A stretch of DNA of 64,000 nucleotides from a virus, in IMG/VR virus record IMGVR_UViG_3300037851_000102, positions 32,001 to 96,000 of that record. One strand, given 5' to 3'. The notes under the pieces are model-generated. The model made no database searches. It worked only from the letters and a program-made list of their open reading frames with translations, and had not been told where the DNA came from. Made by a program: the position numbers and the translations under genes. This document shows, in pieces, positions 19,795-28,355 of this stretch (within the stretch, counting starts at the first letter, position 1; each line of letters begins with the position of its first letter).

Positions 19795-19803
19795 GGGACA
19801 GCG

Positions 19804-20280
19804 ATGTTTGATGAGTACAAGACAAGAGTGATGGGCAAGTTTGAAGAGCCAGAGATATCACACAGAGATATTGACAGGCTTGCAGAGTATTTCATACGTC
19901 GATCATTAAGATACTACGCAGGCGGTGGAGCCAGACACGTTGGCGGTGCGAGAATGCCAATGGAGTTCTACCGAGATCTTGCAAAGCAGGTGATTGAGCT
20001 TGCCTATAAATTTCACGGCGACAAATCGCATTCACTCAAGTCACTCGTTGCAATCATAATCGGGCCCGAAATCGAAAAGATCTTTTCACCCGATCCAAGA
20101 GAGGCGCGTCCACCTCAAGCAATCCTTGATGAGACCGATGAGAAGTTTTGGAAGATGATGGAAGAGCCAATGCTCACGAAAAAAGACATAGAATCCTTTA
20201 CAGAGAATGATTTTAAGCCAAAGAAGCCAAGGCCAAAGACAGAGATAGAAGAGTTCAACAAGGCACTTAAAAAGCTATGA
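19804..20280 (+). CDS. hypothetical protein with C-terminal tag
   Basis: Ends EEFNKALKKL*. Confidence 0.75.
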   Translation: MFDEYKTRVMGKFEEPEISHRDIDRLAEYFIRRSLRYYAGGGARHVGGARMPMEFYRDLAKQVIELAYKFHGDKSHSLKSLVAIIIGPEIEKIFSPDPREARPPQAILDETDEKFWKMMEEPMLTKKDIESFTENDFKPKKPRPKTEIEEFNKALKKL

Positions 20281-20579
20281 GCAAGCTCCCAAAGACCCGA
20301 TCAATTTACGATGTCGATAGGCTCACTTCAAGCTCAGAGATAAAGCTCGACGGCAGGACAATCGGCACAATCACAGATATCAGAATCGAAGACGGCACAG
20401 CCCACGTCGAAGCGACAATCACACCGCCAAAGCCCATTGAATCAATCACCTTTGAAGGCACAATCACAGGCTTTGAATCCATTGAAGAGATCCCAAAACC
20501 GAAATCCAAACGCCTCAGACACACACCAAAAGAGAAATCAGAAATTGAAGCATTTGAAGAGGCACTCAAAAACCTATGA
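20277..20579 (+). CDS. hypothetical protein with C-terminal tag and sheath-C-terminus-like segment
   Basis: TAHVEATITPPKPIESITF; ends EAFEEALKNL*. Confidence 0.75.
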   Translation: MSKLPKTRSIYDVDRLTSSSEIKLDGRTIGTITDIRIEDGTAHVEATITPPKPIESITFEGTITGFESIEEIPKPKSKRLRHTPKEKSEIEAFEEALKNL

Positions 20580-20902
20580 AGCCAGAAGGAATCACAATCA
20601 CACAGTATATGCTTCCCGAAGGCCCAATACACTTTGATACGGCCTCAGCCGAACAGCTCGATAGAATCGGAGAGCTACACGCAATCAGAAGAGACGACGG
20701 AGAGCCAGACGCAAGTTACAGATCCAAGCTATTAAAGGCACTTCATTCAAGAACGTCATACATGACCACAGATGAAGTGAAACAGTTCTTCGATCCCGAC
20801 ACAGGCAAAGAGTTCGTACAGATAGACCCAAACGAAATTCAAGCCAAAATCCAACACACGCAACAAGTCCAAGACTTTTTGACGGCGCTCGACAAGCTCT
20901 AA
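20576..20902 (+). CDS. hypothetical protein with C-terminal tag and baseplate-like motif
   Basis: TASAEQLDRIGELHAIRRDDGEPDASYRSKL; ends QDFLTALDKL*. Confidence 0.75.
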   Translation: MKPEGITITQYMLPEGPIHFDTASAEQLDRIGELHAIRRDDGEPDASYRSKLLKALHSRTSYMTTDEVKQFFDPDTGKEFVQIDPNEIQAKIQHTQQVQDFLTALDKL

Positions 20903-21003
20903 AACAAACGCTCGACCAACATACTACAATGTAATACATTCAATTCCGTAGTCAGGGAGAATCTAATGTATTCGCCGATACAGACACCATTGGAGTAACA
21001 ACA

Positions 21004-21834
21004 GTGAGTAAATGGAAGCCCAGAAGAGATTTTAAAGCAGTAACAGATAAGCGCACTTCAAAGAAGTCGGCTTCAAAACAATCAGATCCAACACCACAAG
21101 AGTTCCAAAGAGACCTCGAAGATTTAGACGTGCCAGATTTATTTGAAAAGGGCACAAGAATCTTGAAGCGTGACATGGGTGGAGCAGACAAGCTCAAGCA
21201 CGATGGTCACATTCTTATGATGGAGTGGGCGATTAAGTATTCAGACATGATACCGCGCAAATTCTTAATGGAGCGCAGAGGTTATTCACACGCACAAGCA
21301 GACGTGATTTTAGCGGTCACAGGTTCAACGTCAGAATGGGCGAATGCGCGAGAGCGCGTACTTGATTCAATGAGTGAATCAGTTATCAAGCGGCACATTG
21401 ATAAGCTCGTTGAAGTGAACGATCAGCACATAGCGGCCTCAAAGCTCACGATGGCAAAAGCGATTGAGATGCTCACGAAATTGCCCGTGGATGTGGAATT
21501 AGATCCAAAGACAGGCAAATCAAAGAAGCGCACTATGAGATCAATTGATCTTGTGAATTGCGCAAACGCGATTGAGAAGGCGCAATCGATCTATCGAAAG
21601 GCGATGGGCTTGCCAAACGAAGAGTCAGGTCTTGCGCAGATCTTGGAGAAGGTCGCGCAATTAAACGTGCAACAAAATGTTCAGATCAACAACACGGTTG
21701 TCCAGCAACAGCCTGAGAAGAGTGAGCAACAGAAGAAGATAGAGGCATTAAGCTATGATGACATTATGGAGTTCGTTGAATTTAGAAGAGAGCAGAAGAG
21801 ACTCGCGCAACAGCCAAAGGACACTGGATCTTGA
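21004..21834 (+). CDS. hypothetical helical protein, possible terminase small subunit
   Basis: 276 aa; helical with a Q/N-rich C-terminal strand as seen in some TerS proteins; function is tentative. Confidence 0.45.
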   Translation: MSKWKPRRDFKAVTDKRTSKKSASKQSDPTPQEFQRDLEDLDVPDLFEKGTRILKRDMGGADKLKHDGHILMMEWAIKYSDMIPRKFLMERRGYSHAQADVILAVTGSTSEWANARERVLDSMSESVIKRHIDKLVEVNDQHIAASKLTMAKAIEMLTKLPVDVELDPKTGKSKKRTMRSIDLVNCANAIEKAQSIYRKAMGLPNEESGLAQILEKVAQLNVQQNVQINNTVVQQQPEKSEQQKKIEALSYDDIMEFVEFRREQKRLAQQPKDTGS

Positions 21835-21872
21835 GCGATTGTATGCGTATGGGGCAGAGGGTGAGGTTTTAG

Positions 21873-22112
21873 ATGTCACACATGATGGGTCAACAGAAGG
21901 CTCGGATGAGGGAAGAGAACAGGAATTGGCAGGAGAGAGATCGGGAGAACTTGAGCGGGAGAGCTTTGCGTAGGGAGCAGGAGCGCAAGGTCGCTGCATG
22001 GAATAGAGAGCAGGCGCGACTACGATCCGAAGAAGAGATTAGAGAACGGGCGCGGGAGCGAGAGCGATTGGTTTCGATTGAACGGTTCCAAGACGCGCTG
22101 GAGAACTTATGA
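21873..22112 (+). CDS. Arg/Glu-rich protein with C-terminal tag
   Basis: Ends ERFQDALENL*. Confidence 0.7.
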   Translation: MSHMMGQQKARMREENRNWQERDRENLSGRALRREQERKVAAWNREQARLRSEEEIRERARERERLVSIERFQDALENL

Positions 22113-22264
22113 AGGATTTAATCAATTTTACGTTCGCGCTTATCGCATTTGTCGCACTATTCCTTGTGCTTCCATTCGTGGTCTATAGCATCAACAAGTA
22201 TGTTCACCATGATCGCATCGAACAGATGATTGAATCAAAGGTAAAGGCGGAGTGTTTACGATGA
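22109..22264 (+). CDS. small membrane protein (51 aa)
   Basis: MKDLINFTFALIAFVALFLVLPFVVY...; ATGA-coupled at both ends; below the ORF-track size cutoff. Confidence 0.6.
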   Translation: MKDLINFTFALIAFVALFLVLPFVVYSINKYVHHDRIEQMIESKVKAECLR

Positions 22265-22368
22265 GTGAGCTTTTAGGATTCGCAGAGAGAAACCCAATAC
22301 TCGCAGTGATCTTGGCTTATATCATCGTGCAGGGCTTGGTTTATATGATCCAAGCGATTAGGAGATGA
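22261..22368 (+). CDS. small membrane peptide (35 aa)
   Basis: MSELLGFAERNPILAVILAYIIVQGLVYMIQAIRR; ATGA-coupled. Confidence 0.55.
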   Translation: MSELLGFAERNPILAVILAYIIVQGLVYMIQAIRR

Positions 22369-22454
22369 GCGATTGGGAGTGGATACTTTTGATCGCGATG
22401 CCATTGATTGTAATGATCGCGATGAGTTTAGTTTTATGTAATTATTTTTGTTAG
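22365..22454 (+). CDS. small membrane peptide (29 aa)
   Basis: MSDWEWILLIAMPLIVMIAMSLVLCNYFC; ATGA-coupled. Confidence 0.5.
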   Translation: MSDWEWILLIAMPLIVMIAMSLVLCNYFC

Positions 22455-22462
22455 GAGATGAA

Positions 22463-22792
22463 GTGAAGCCAGAGCAAGTTTCAAACGATGTACTTGAGTT
22501 TTTAAAAAATAAATATGGCGATGAGATCAACATTGAATCATTGAGGCTTGGTCTTGGTCTCACAGTTTCAGCGATTCATGCAACGCTGATTCATTCGGCC
22601 AAAACAGATGATGAACGACAAGGGGCAGTTCACACAGCGATGGACACGGTGGAGCGCATGATTGGTTCGATCCAAAAAGATTGCGAAATTTGTGGAATGC
22701 CTGGAATTGAATTCGTTAAGGGTATTGTGGATGAGAACGGCAACATGGTTGAAACTAAACAGGGGGAGAACGATGAAGGTCGGGTTCATTGA
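22463..22792 (+). CDS. hypothetical protein
   Basis: GTG start after AGGAG. Confidence 0.7.
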   Translation: MKPEQVSNDVLEFLKNKYGDEINIESLRLGLGLTVSAIHATLIHSAKTDDERQGAVHTAMDTVERMIGSIQKDCEICGMPGIEFVKGIVDENGNMVETKQGENDEGRVH

Positions 22793-23033
22793 TTTAGCAG
22801 AGAACGCATTCAAGATTGAAAAACAGATTGAACACGCGCTTAGAGATCGTTGGCTGGATGGAGACACAGCACACGAATTCAAAAACGAAATGTATAAGCG
22901 CAGAAAACAAAAGGGTGGATTGAAAGCCCTACTGAAAGAGATCAACACAGAGATTGAATTCAGAAAGAAAACATTCGGGGGGATGGATGAGACAATTAAA
23001 CAAAAGGCAAATAGAGTTAATACTGCCGTCTGA
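22773..23033 (+). CDS. hypothetical protein
   Basis: ATG after GGGGGAG. Confidence 0.65.
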   Translation: MKVGFIDLAENAFKIEKQIEHALRDRWLDGDTAHEFKNEMYKRRKQKGGLKALLKEINTEIEFRKKTFGGMDETIKQKANRVNTAV

Positions 23034-23229
23034 TATCACACTTGATATGCTCTATTCAGCGATGCACGAGGGGTTTTTGAATCACACACTCAAGACCAGC
23101 ATCGATGGCAAACCTTTTCATTTGGGAATTGAAATGGTCAGTGGGAATTCAGAGATCCAAACGATTTTGGTCACGAAGATTCCAGCGCACCACAAACAAG
23201 GAGCAAACAATGAAACAGGGGAGCAATAA
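22987..23229 (+). CDS. hypothetical protein
   Basis: ATG after GGGGGG. Confidence 0.6.
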   Translation: MRQLNKRQIELILPSDITLDMLYSAMHEGFLNHTLKTSIDGKPFHLGIEMVSGNSEIQTILVTKIPAHHKQGANNETGEQ

Positions 23230-23707
23230 TATGGGGACATTCGCATTTTTAATGTTTTGCGCAGCGATATTCGCAGCGATGGGCATTTGGCATTATTCAC
23301 AATCAGAGGACACGGCCTTTCACAAGACGCTCGGCCTATGTCGATCATGTGAAGCAGATGTAAAGCGCCACGAAGAGAAGTTAAAGAAGTATGATGAGGA
23401 TTTTAAAGCGTTGAATGCGCGATTGGATGCAGCGGAAGCGGAAGTAAAGAAATTCACTGAACAGCTTGATATATTCCGCGATCAGGTCTCAGACACACGC
23501 GAGAAGCAGATCCAACTCAAGGATGATTTATCGAATAAGACTCAGCGATTGGTGATGCCAAAGGGCCCGATTCCAGTTGAGATCTATGTAGCACCAACGG
23601 TCAGAGCCACAGCACCGAAACAGCAAGCACCGCCTAAGATTCCAAAAGAGACACCACAGCAAACCATGAAGAAGATCAAAAAGCAGATCGATGGGTTATC
23701 GAAATGA
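23210..23707 (+). CDS. membrane-anchored coiled-coil protein
   Basis: AAGGAG ribosome-binding site; N-terminal transmembrane segment followed by a coiled coil. Confidence 0.7.
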   Translation: MKQGSNNMGTFAFLMFCAAIFAAMGIWHYSQSEDTAFHKTLGLCRSCEADVKRHEEKLKKYDEDFKALNARLDAAEAEVKKFTEQLDIFRDQVSDTREKQIQLKDDLSNKTQRLVMPKGPIPVEIYVAPTVRATAPKQQAPPKIPKETPQQTMKKIKKQIDGLSK

Positions 23708-23943
23708 AGATCCAAAGAATGCTCGAATACTTGAAGACGCTTGCGAAGATGAAGCGAAATTTCTTTGGTGAGCTTGCAGATGAAGCGAAATCAGAAATTG
23801 ATAAGGCGAGACTTCAGGGCATGGCAGATGCCCACGCCGAACAGACAAACGAGCTTGAGCAGATCAGTGCGGCCATGATCGAAACGCCAGATCAGATGCC
23901 ACAGCAAACCGAGAGCGCACCGATAGGAGTAACACTACAATGA
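23704..23943 (+). CDS. hypothetical protein
   Basis: 79 aa, translationally coupled. Confidence 0.65.
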   Translation: MKIQRMLEYLKTLAKMKRNFFGELADEAKSEIDKARLQGMADAHAEQTNELEQISAAMIETPDQMPQQTESAPIGVTLQ

Positions 23944-24146
23944 AGCAAGACGTGAATACGCAAAAGGCGAAATTCAATAAATTGTATAAAGAGATGGCCG
24001 AGATCGTTAATACTTTCGATGGGCACAACAGAGATCTTGCTATGCAGGGTCTCAGTAGTTGTGACTTGTGGGCAAATTCGTATTTTACAAAAGAAGGAGC
24101 GAACGATGGAACGAGAGAAGAGACTATTCAACGGTCAGCCGATTGA
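23940..24146 (+). CDS. hypothetical protein
   Basis: 68 aa, translationally coupled. Confidence 0.6.
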   Translation: MKQDVNTQKAKFNKLYKEMAEIVNTFDGHNRDLAMQGLSSCDLWANSYFTKEGANDGTREETIQRSAD

Positions 24147-24453
24147 ACTTGGACAGCAACGAGAGAAGCCAGCGGGGTTGATTCTGCCCGATCAGGATTT
24201 AAAGAAGCTGCATGAAGATCAACTCAAGGCAGAAGCAGAGAAGCGAGCGGCAGAAGAGAAGCGCGTATTCGATCAGATGGTTGAGAGCCCACAGGCGATG
24301 CGGGGAGTGATCCAAGAGTGCATCAATCGTGGCAAGGTCAGATTGAGTATGGATTTGGATTTACTTGATGATGAACAGGTGAAAAAGACTTTCATTCATT
24401 TGTGGGGTCAAGCGGGAGCAGGCAAGCCGAGCGTTACCGAAATCAGTATTTAA
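24106..24453 (+). CDS. hypothetical protein
   Basis: AAGGAG ribosome-binding site. Confidence 0.7.
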   Translation: MEREKRLFNGQPIELGQQREKPAGLILPDQDLKKLHEDQLKAEAEKRAAEEKRVFDQMVESPQAMRGVIQECINRGKVRLSMDLDLLDDEQVKKTFIHLWGQAGAGKPSVTEISI

Positions 24454-24722
24454 TGGGATGCTCATCTTGCGGTGGGGGAATTAAGAAGCCCACGAAGTTC
24501 CAACAGGTGAGATCCTTCGCATTAAGTCTTGCCAACGTGATTGAACACGCGATATCCACAGGACAGATCGTTGCAGATCGTGGGACAGTGGATAAGCGCA
24601 TTCAGATATGTACTCAATGCAAATACAGAGAGCCCATTAGAAACCGCTGCAAGGCTTGTGGTTGTTTCTTGGCAGCTAAGAGTGGCCTTGCCAGCGAAAC
24701 GTGCCCACAGGGGTATTGGTGA
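24453..24722 (+). CDS. Cys-rich zinc-binding phage protein
   Basis: MGCSSCGG, R..ICTQC, RCKACGCFL, CPQGYW. Confidence 0.7.
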   Translation: MGCSSCGGGIKKPTKFQQVRSFALSLANVIEHAISTGQIVADRGTVDKRIQICTQCKYREPIRNRCKACGCFLAAKSGLASETCPQGYW

Positions 24723-24728
24723 GGTTAT

Positions 24729-25055
24729 ATGGGGCATTTACCAACATTAGAGAGTGACGCAAGCGGGAGAGTGAGAATCACATGGCCTGATGGACGCAGG
24801 TCAGAGGGACATATCACCAAAATGAATGTTCAGATGGGGAGAGGTTCGCTTGGTGAGCATACTCAAACGCTGGACTTCACTTTGACGTGCTTTGAGCCCA
24901 TGCTATCCGAAGAAGCCAGCACAATGAAGGCGGCAGCGGATGAAGCGAACAAAAGAGTCAGAGAAAATAAAGCCAAAAAAGAAGGCGTTAAAAAGATGGA
25001 AGAAGACCGTCTCAAGCCAGTCAGAGACTTCATCAAAGGCCTCGAACAGTTTTAG
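24729..25055 (+). CDS. hypothetical protein with C-terminal tag and tail-tube-like segment
   Basis: VRITWPDGRRSEGHITKM...LDFTLT; ends RDFIKGLEQF*. Confidence 0.7.
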   Translation: MGHLPTLESDASGRVRITWPDGRRSEGHITKMNVQMGRGSLGEHTQTLDFTLTCFEPMLSEEASTMKAAADEANKRVRENKAKKEGVKKMEEDRLKPVRDFIKGLEQF

Positions 25056-25115
25056 CGACGAAGAGCGCCAGTATCAGATCAAAAGGTTCTTAAAAGATTC
25101 AAAGGGTGCGAAAGT

Positions 25116-25358
25116 ATGGAAGTCGTAGTCTGCGGCTTTCATTTTAATTTAATCACGATTCGTTGCCACAACAAGAAGTGCAAGAACAAGTTCAAAGTTC
25201 TTGAGAGTTCAAAGCAGAAGTTTTGCTCATCTCACTGCGCAGGCATTGAATTGCCATTGCCCAACTACAACTACACTCAGCGAGTCCAGAAGATGAAAAC
25301 GATGAAAGAGACGATCATCGACTTCTACAAGGATTCCGAAGACGACTACGGCGCGTAG
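25116..25358 (+). CDS. small zinc-finger protein
   Basis: CHNKKC...F...KFCSSHC. Confidence 0.55.
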   Translation: MEVVVCGFHFNLITIRCHNKKCKNKFKVLESSKQKFCSSHCAGIELPLPNYNYTQRVQKMKTMKETIIDFYKDSEDDYGA

Positions 25359-25494
25359 TTTAAAACAAATAAAATAGCTCATTGATTCAAGACTCCAACG
25401 TGTTCAAGATGGGACTGCAATGGTTCTATCCGATTAAGGTCTTGCAACGAGAAGATGCGGGACGTGACCGCCGCGCCGCCTGAAGAGGAGATTT

Positions 25495-25767
25495 ATGGCT
25501 CGATCCAAGAAAAAAGAATTACGCGCAGAAAGTTCTCAAGACCTGGCGACACCTGGGCCCGAAATCGCGAACGTGGATTTTTCTAAACCGTGGACTTTGG
25601 ATCGCCAAGCCTATGACAAAGTGGCGTTTGCCGAGCTGGTCATGAAGCTCAAAACTTCTACGTCGAAGCTGGAATATCATCCAGACGGGAAGGTGACATT
25701 CCATTGGAAGGGAATGGCTAAATCCGCAGAATCACAGAGCTTTTCAAAAGCATTGGAGAATTTATGA
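25495..25767 (+). CDS. hypothetical protein with C-terminal tag
   Basis: GAGGAG ribosome-binding site; ends QSFSKALENL*. Confidence 0.75.
   Translation: MARSKKKELRAESSQDLATPGPEIANVDFSKPWTLDRQAYDKVAFAELVMKLKTSTSKLEYHPDGKVTFHWKGMAKSAESQSFSKALENL
25653..25668 (+). repeat. dispersed motif copy (parS-like)
   Basis: AACTTCTACGTCGAAG. Confidence 0.55.
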
Positions 25768-26303
25768 TGCCTTATCCAGTTATTATTGGGGCGATAATCG
25801 GAGCCGTTATTGGCGGCCTGATTGGGGCTTACATTGCCAGACGCAGGGTTCAGCCGAAGCTCGATTTATTGGCTCAGAAGAACAGCCAGCTCGAAGCCAG
25901 CCTGAACCAGATGATCTACAAGAAGCCAGGTCGCAGGGCTGAACCCAGCCGCAAACCAGGTGAGTTCGATCCAACTAAGCATAACAGTTTGCAGCCAGCC
26001 AACAGAAAGCCTCTTCCAGTTGAGTTCCAACAGGTGAAAGAGGGTGATGGAGAATTCAAAATTGAGTCTGCAAGTTTCGCGAAACAGATGCCCAAGGGCG
26101 ACTACACATACAGATTTTTCGGTTCACAGCTATCGTTGGGTGAGAATGTTTTGATCTCAGGACTTCAGCGAAAGATGCACCAACTCGAAATCACAAAGGA
26201 CGACCAAGTTTACATTGGTGGAGTCGAGTACAGAATCAATCCAAGTGATGTCGAACAACTCAAAAGGGTAATCGCGAAAGCAGAGAAAACCGCAGAGGTG
26301 TAA
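25764..26303 (+). CDS. membrane-anchored hypothetical protein
   Basis: N-terminal Gly-rich transmembrane helix. Confidence 0.7.
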   Translation: MMPYPVIIGAIIGAVIGGLIGAYIARRRVQPKLDLLAQKNSQLEASLNQMIYKKPGRRAEPSRKPGEFDPTKHNSLQPANRKPLPVEFQQVKEGDGEFKIESASFAKQMPKGDYTYRFFGSQLSLGENVLISGLQRKMHQLEITKDDQVYIGGVEYRINPSDVEQLKRVIAKAEKTAEV

Positions 26304-26306
26304 TCG

Positions 26307-26831
26307 ATGGCGGTCAATTTCTCGACTCTGTTTGAGGATTTAGTTCGCAACGAGTCGCACAGATATGAATATGATCGCCTTTTGTCAGAGGCAATCCAAG
26401 TCCTCGCCCAAGGCGGCGGTGGAATTCAATGGATTGACGGTGTTCCCTATATTCCAGACCCAGGTCGCGCCAAAAACATATCGCTCAATCGTCCAGTTTT
26501 TACGGCAGGGTATTATGGTCAGAATCAATCGAGCCGATACCTGAGAGTGGACGGTGTGACCACTTCGAGTGATTCGGGCATTTTGCTCCCAAGAGATGCA
26601 GTGATAACGAGCTTGTGGGGGAAGAGTCGTTCAAACAACAATTGGTCAATAGAAATAAGACGAAATGGCAATCCGATAACGCTTGTGTCAGTGAATGTGG
26701 TTGGTTCGGTTGGCAGTGATCCAGAACTTGATATCGATTTGGACGCTGGGGATTTTATTCAATTTTACATGGTCGGCAGTGGGGTCGATCATCCAATCGC
26801 AGGCGTAGAAATCGCTTGGCGAGCCAATTAA
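26307..26831 (+). CDS. putative virion fibre/decoration protein
   Basis: Beta-rich C-terminal domain paralogous to the C-terminus of 26841..28355. Confidence 0.55.
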   Translation: MAVNFSTLFEDLVRNESHRYEYDRLLSEAIQVLAQGGGGIQWIDGVPYIPDPGRAKNISLNRPVFTAGYYGQNQSSRYLRVDGVTTSSDSGILLPRDAVITSLWGKSRSNNNWSIEIRRNGNPITLVSVNVVGSVGSDPELDIDLDAGDFIQFYMVGSGVDHPIAGVEIAWRAN

Positions 26832-26840
26832 GGGGGGCAA

Positions 26841-28355
26841 ATGAGTTTTTTCAGAGTAACAGAACCGAATTCAGTCGCAGTTCCAATTGATGATTTAGGT
26901 ATAGTGATCGCGGCGGATGCGGCAAACGTCGTTTTATCAAACCAGTTCTCAGTTCATGATTTGTATCTTTCAGCGGATCTCGAAGCTGCAATCATCAACG
27001 GGGACTTAGATGTAGAGATCAACTACGGCACGGGCTTCGCGGCAGTGGCGGCAGTGGATTATACAAACCGAGATGCACTTGCGGCATTTTTGAACGTATT
27101 TGAAATCACCAACGAAAACTCAAACGAGCGTTTGGTGAACAATACGGACGCTTCTTCGGGTTCACAGCTTCACCATCATGATACGCGATACTTCACCAAG
27201 ACAGAGCTTCAATCGACGGCCAATGGATCTTCGGGCGGCACCTTAATTGGTCTGAACGATGATGCGTGGGACACAGAGTATCCTTTCACATTCACGACCT
27301 TGCAGGGCTTTGTTGATGGTCTTTACACGATTTTAACAACGGGTTTTGACCTTGACCAAGTTTACGACAACGATGCAGACGGCATTTTAAATGTCGATGG
27401 CACAACGAAGCCTTTGGACTTCAGATCAGACAACGTGAACGACATTATTATCAGTCGTTTCTCAACGCCAGATCTTCAGCAAGCATTGATTTTTGATGTC
27501 AGCGCAGATGAGTTGATTCTTGGATCTCTTGCGGTTGGTGGACTCAACGACATCAATGTGAGAGTTCGATCAGATCTTATCGTTGATGGGGACATCGTAT
27601 TTACAGGGACTATCACAGATACCACAGTCAACGAATTGAACGTGACCAACGCCAACATTCGCTTGCGTGATGGGGCGACAGCGGTTCCAGGCGCAGATGC
27701 TTACATTGAAGTTGAGCGCGGAACTTCGGGCAACGATGCAAGACTTCTTTGGAACGAGACTTCGGATCGTTGGCAGGCAGGCATTGTCGGCACACTTGGC
27801 ACCATTGCACTCCTTGAGTTCGATGAGATTGTAACAGGCGTTTGGGAATTCCAAGGCGGAGCGGCCACAGAGCCTTCGATGTACTTGACCGACAAGGCAT
27901 CGGCACCGACCACAAACCTTGGGACTGCAACACAGATCCCAATTTCAATGATTAACAACACTCCTGCGTACTACGACAAATCGAATTCAAGAAATAAGTT
28001 CTTGTCGATGTATCGAATGCACCAAGCGTTCTCAGGTCGTGATAACGCCAACAACTCGAACGAATATCTTCGTGCGGGAGAGTTTACGTCAAATCAGTCG
28101 AGCTATCGCTTGATTAAAAACATGACTCTGATTGGAATCTCAGCACAGACAAACGGAGCGGAGACTTGGACAGCGCGTGTGAGAAAGAATGGAGTAGTGA
28201 CCAACTTGGCCTCTCTCGCTCTTTCAGCGGTCGCTGGAGCCCAAGATGCAACGCTAAACGTGGACTTCAATGCTGGAGATAAGATCGAAGTTTATTGCGA
28301 TGGCACAGGCGTTGACAGACCTTTTGTGATGCTTGAGTTCGCTGAAAGGTTCTAA
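26841..28355 (+). CDS. putative fibre protein
   Basis: HHHDTRYFTKTE fibre-type motif, EVERGT...LLWNETSDRW, Thr/Gly/Asp-rich. Confidence 0.65.
   Translation: MSFFRVTEPNSVAVPIDDLGIVIAADAANVVLSNQFSVHDLYLSADLEAAIINGDLDVEINYGTGFAAVAAVDYTNRDALAAFLNVFEITNENSNERLVNNTDASSGSQLHHHDTRYFTKTELQSTANGSSGGTLIGLNDDAWDTEYPFTFTTLQGFVDGLYTILTTGFDLDQVYDNDADGILNVDGTTKPLDFRSDNVNDIIISRFSTPDLQQALIFDVSADELILGSLAVGGLNDINVRVRSDLIVDGDIVFTGTITDTTVNELNVTNANIRLRDGATAVPGADAYIEVERGTSGNDARLLWNETSDRWQAGIVGTLGTIALLEFDEIVTGVWEFQGGAATEPSMYLTDKASAPTTNLGTATQIPISMINNTPAYYDKSNSRNKFLSMYRMHQAFSGRDNANNSNEYLRAGEFTSNQSSYRLIKNMTLIGISAQTNGAETWTARVRKNGVVTNLASLALSAVAGAQDATLNVDFNAGDKIEVYCDGTGVDRPFVMLEFAERF

Noticed and set aside
17919-20902. 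Gene ends as DNA repeats, CRISPR repeats or integron attC-type sites
   Set aside because: Nucleotide sequences vary at synonymous positions and there are no intergenic repeats; conservation is at the protein level only.
20974-20981. Additional CCGATA boxes (also 26672, 45068, 56664) as sigma-28 promoters
   Set aside because: The -10 matches lack a correctly spaced -35 element, so they were left unassigned.
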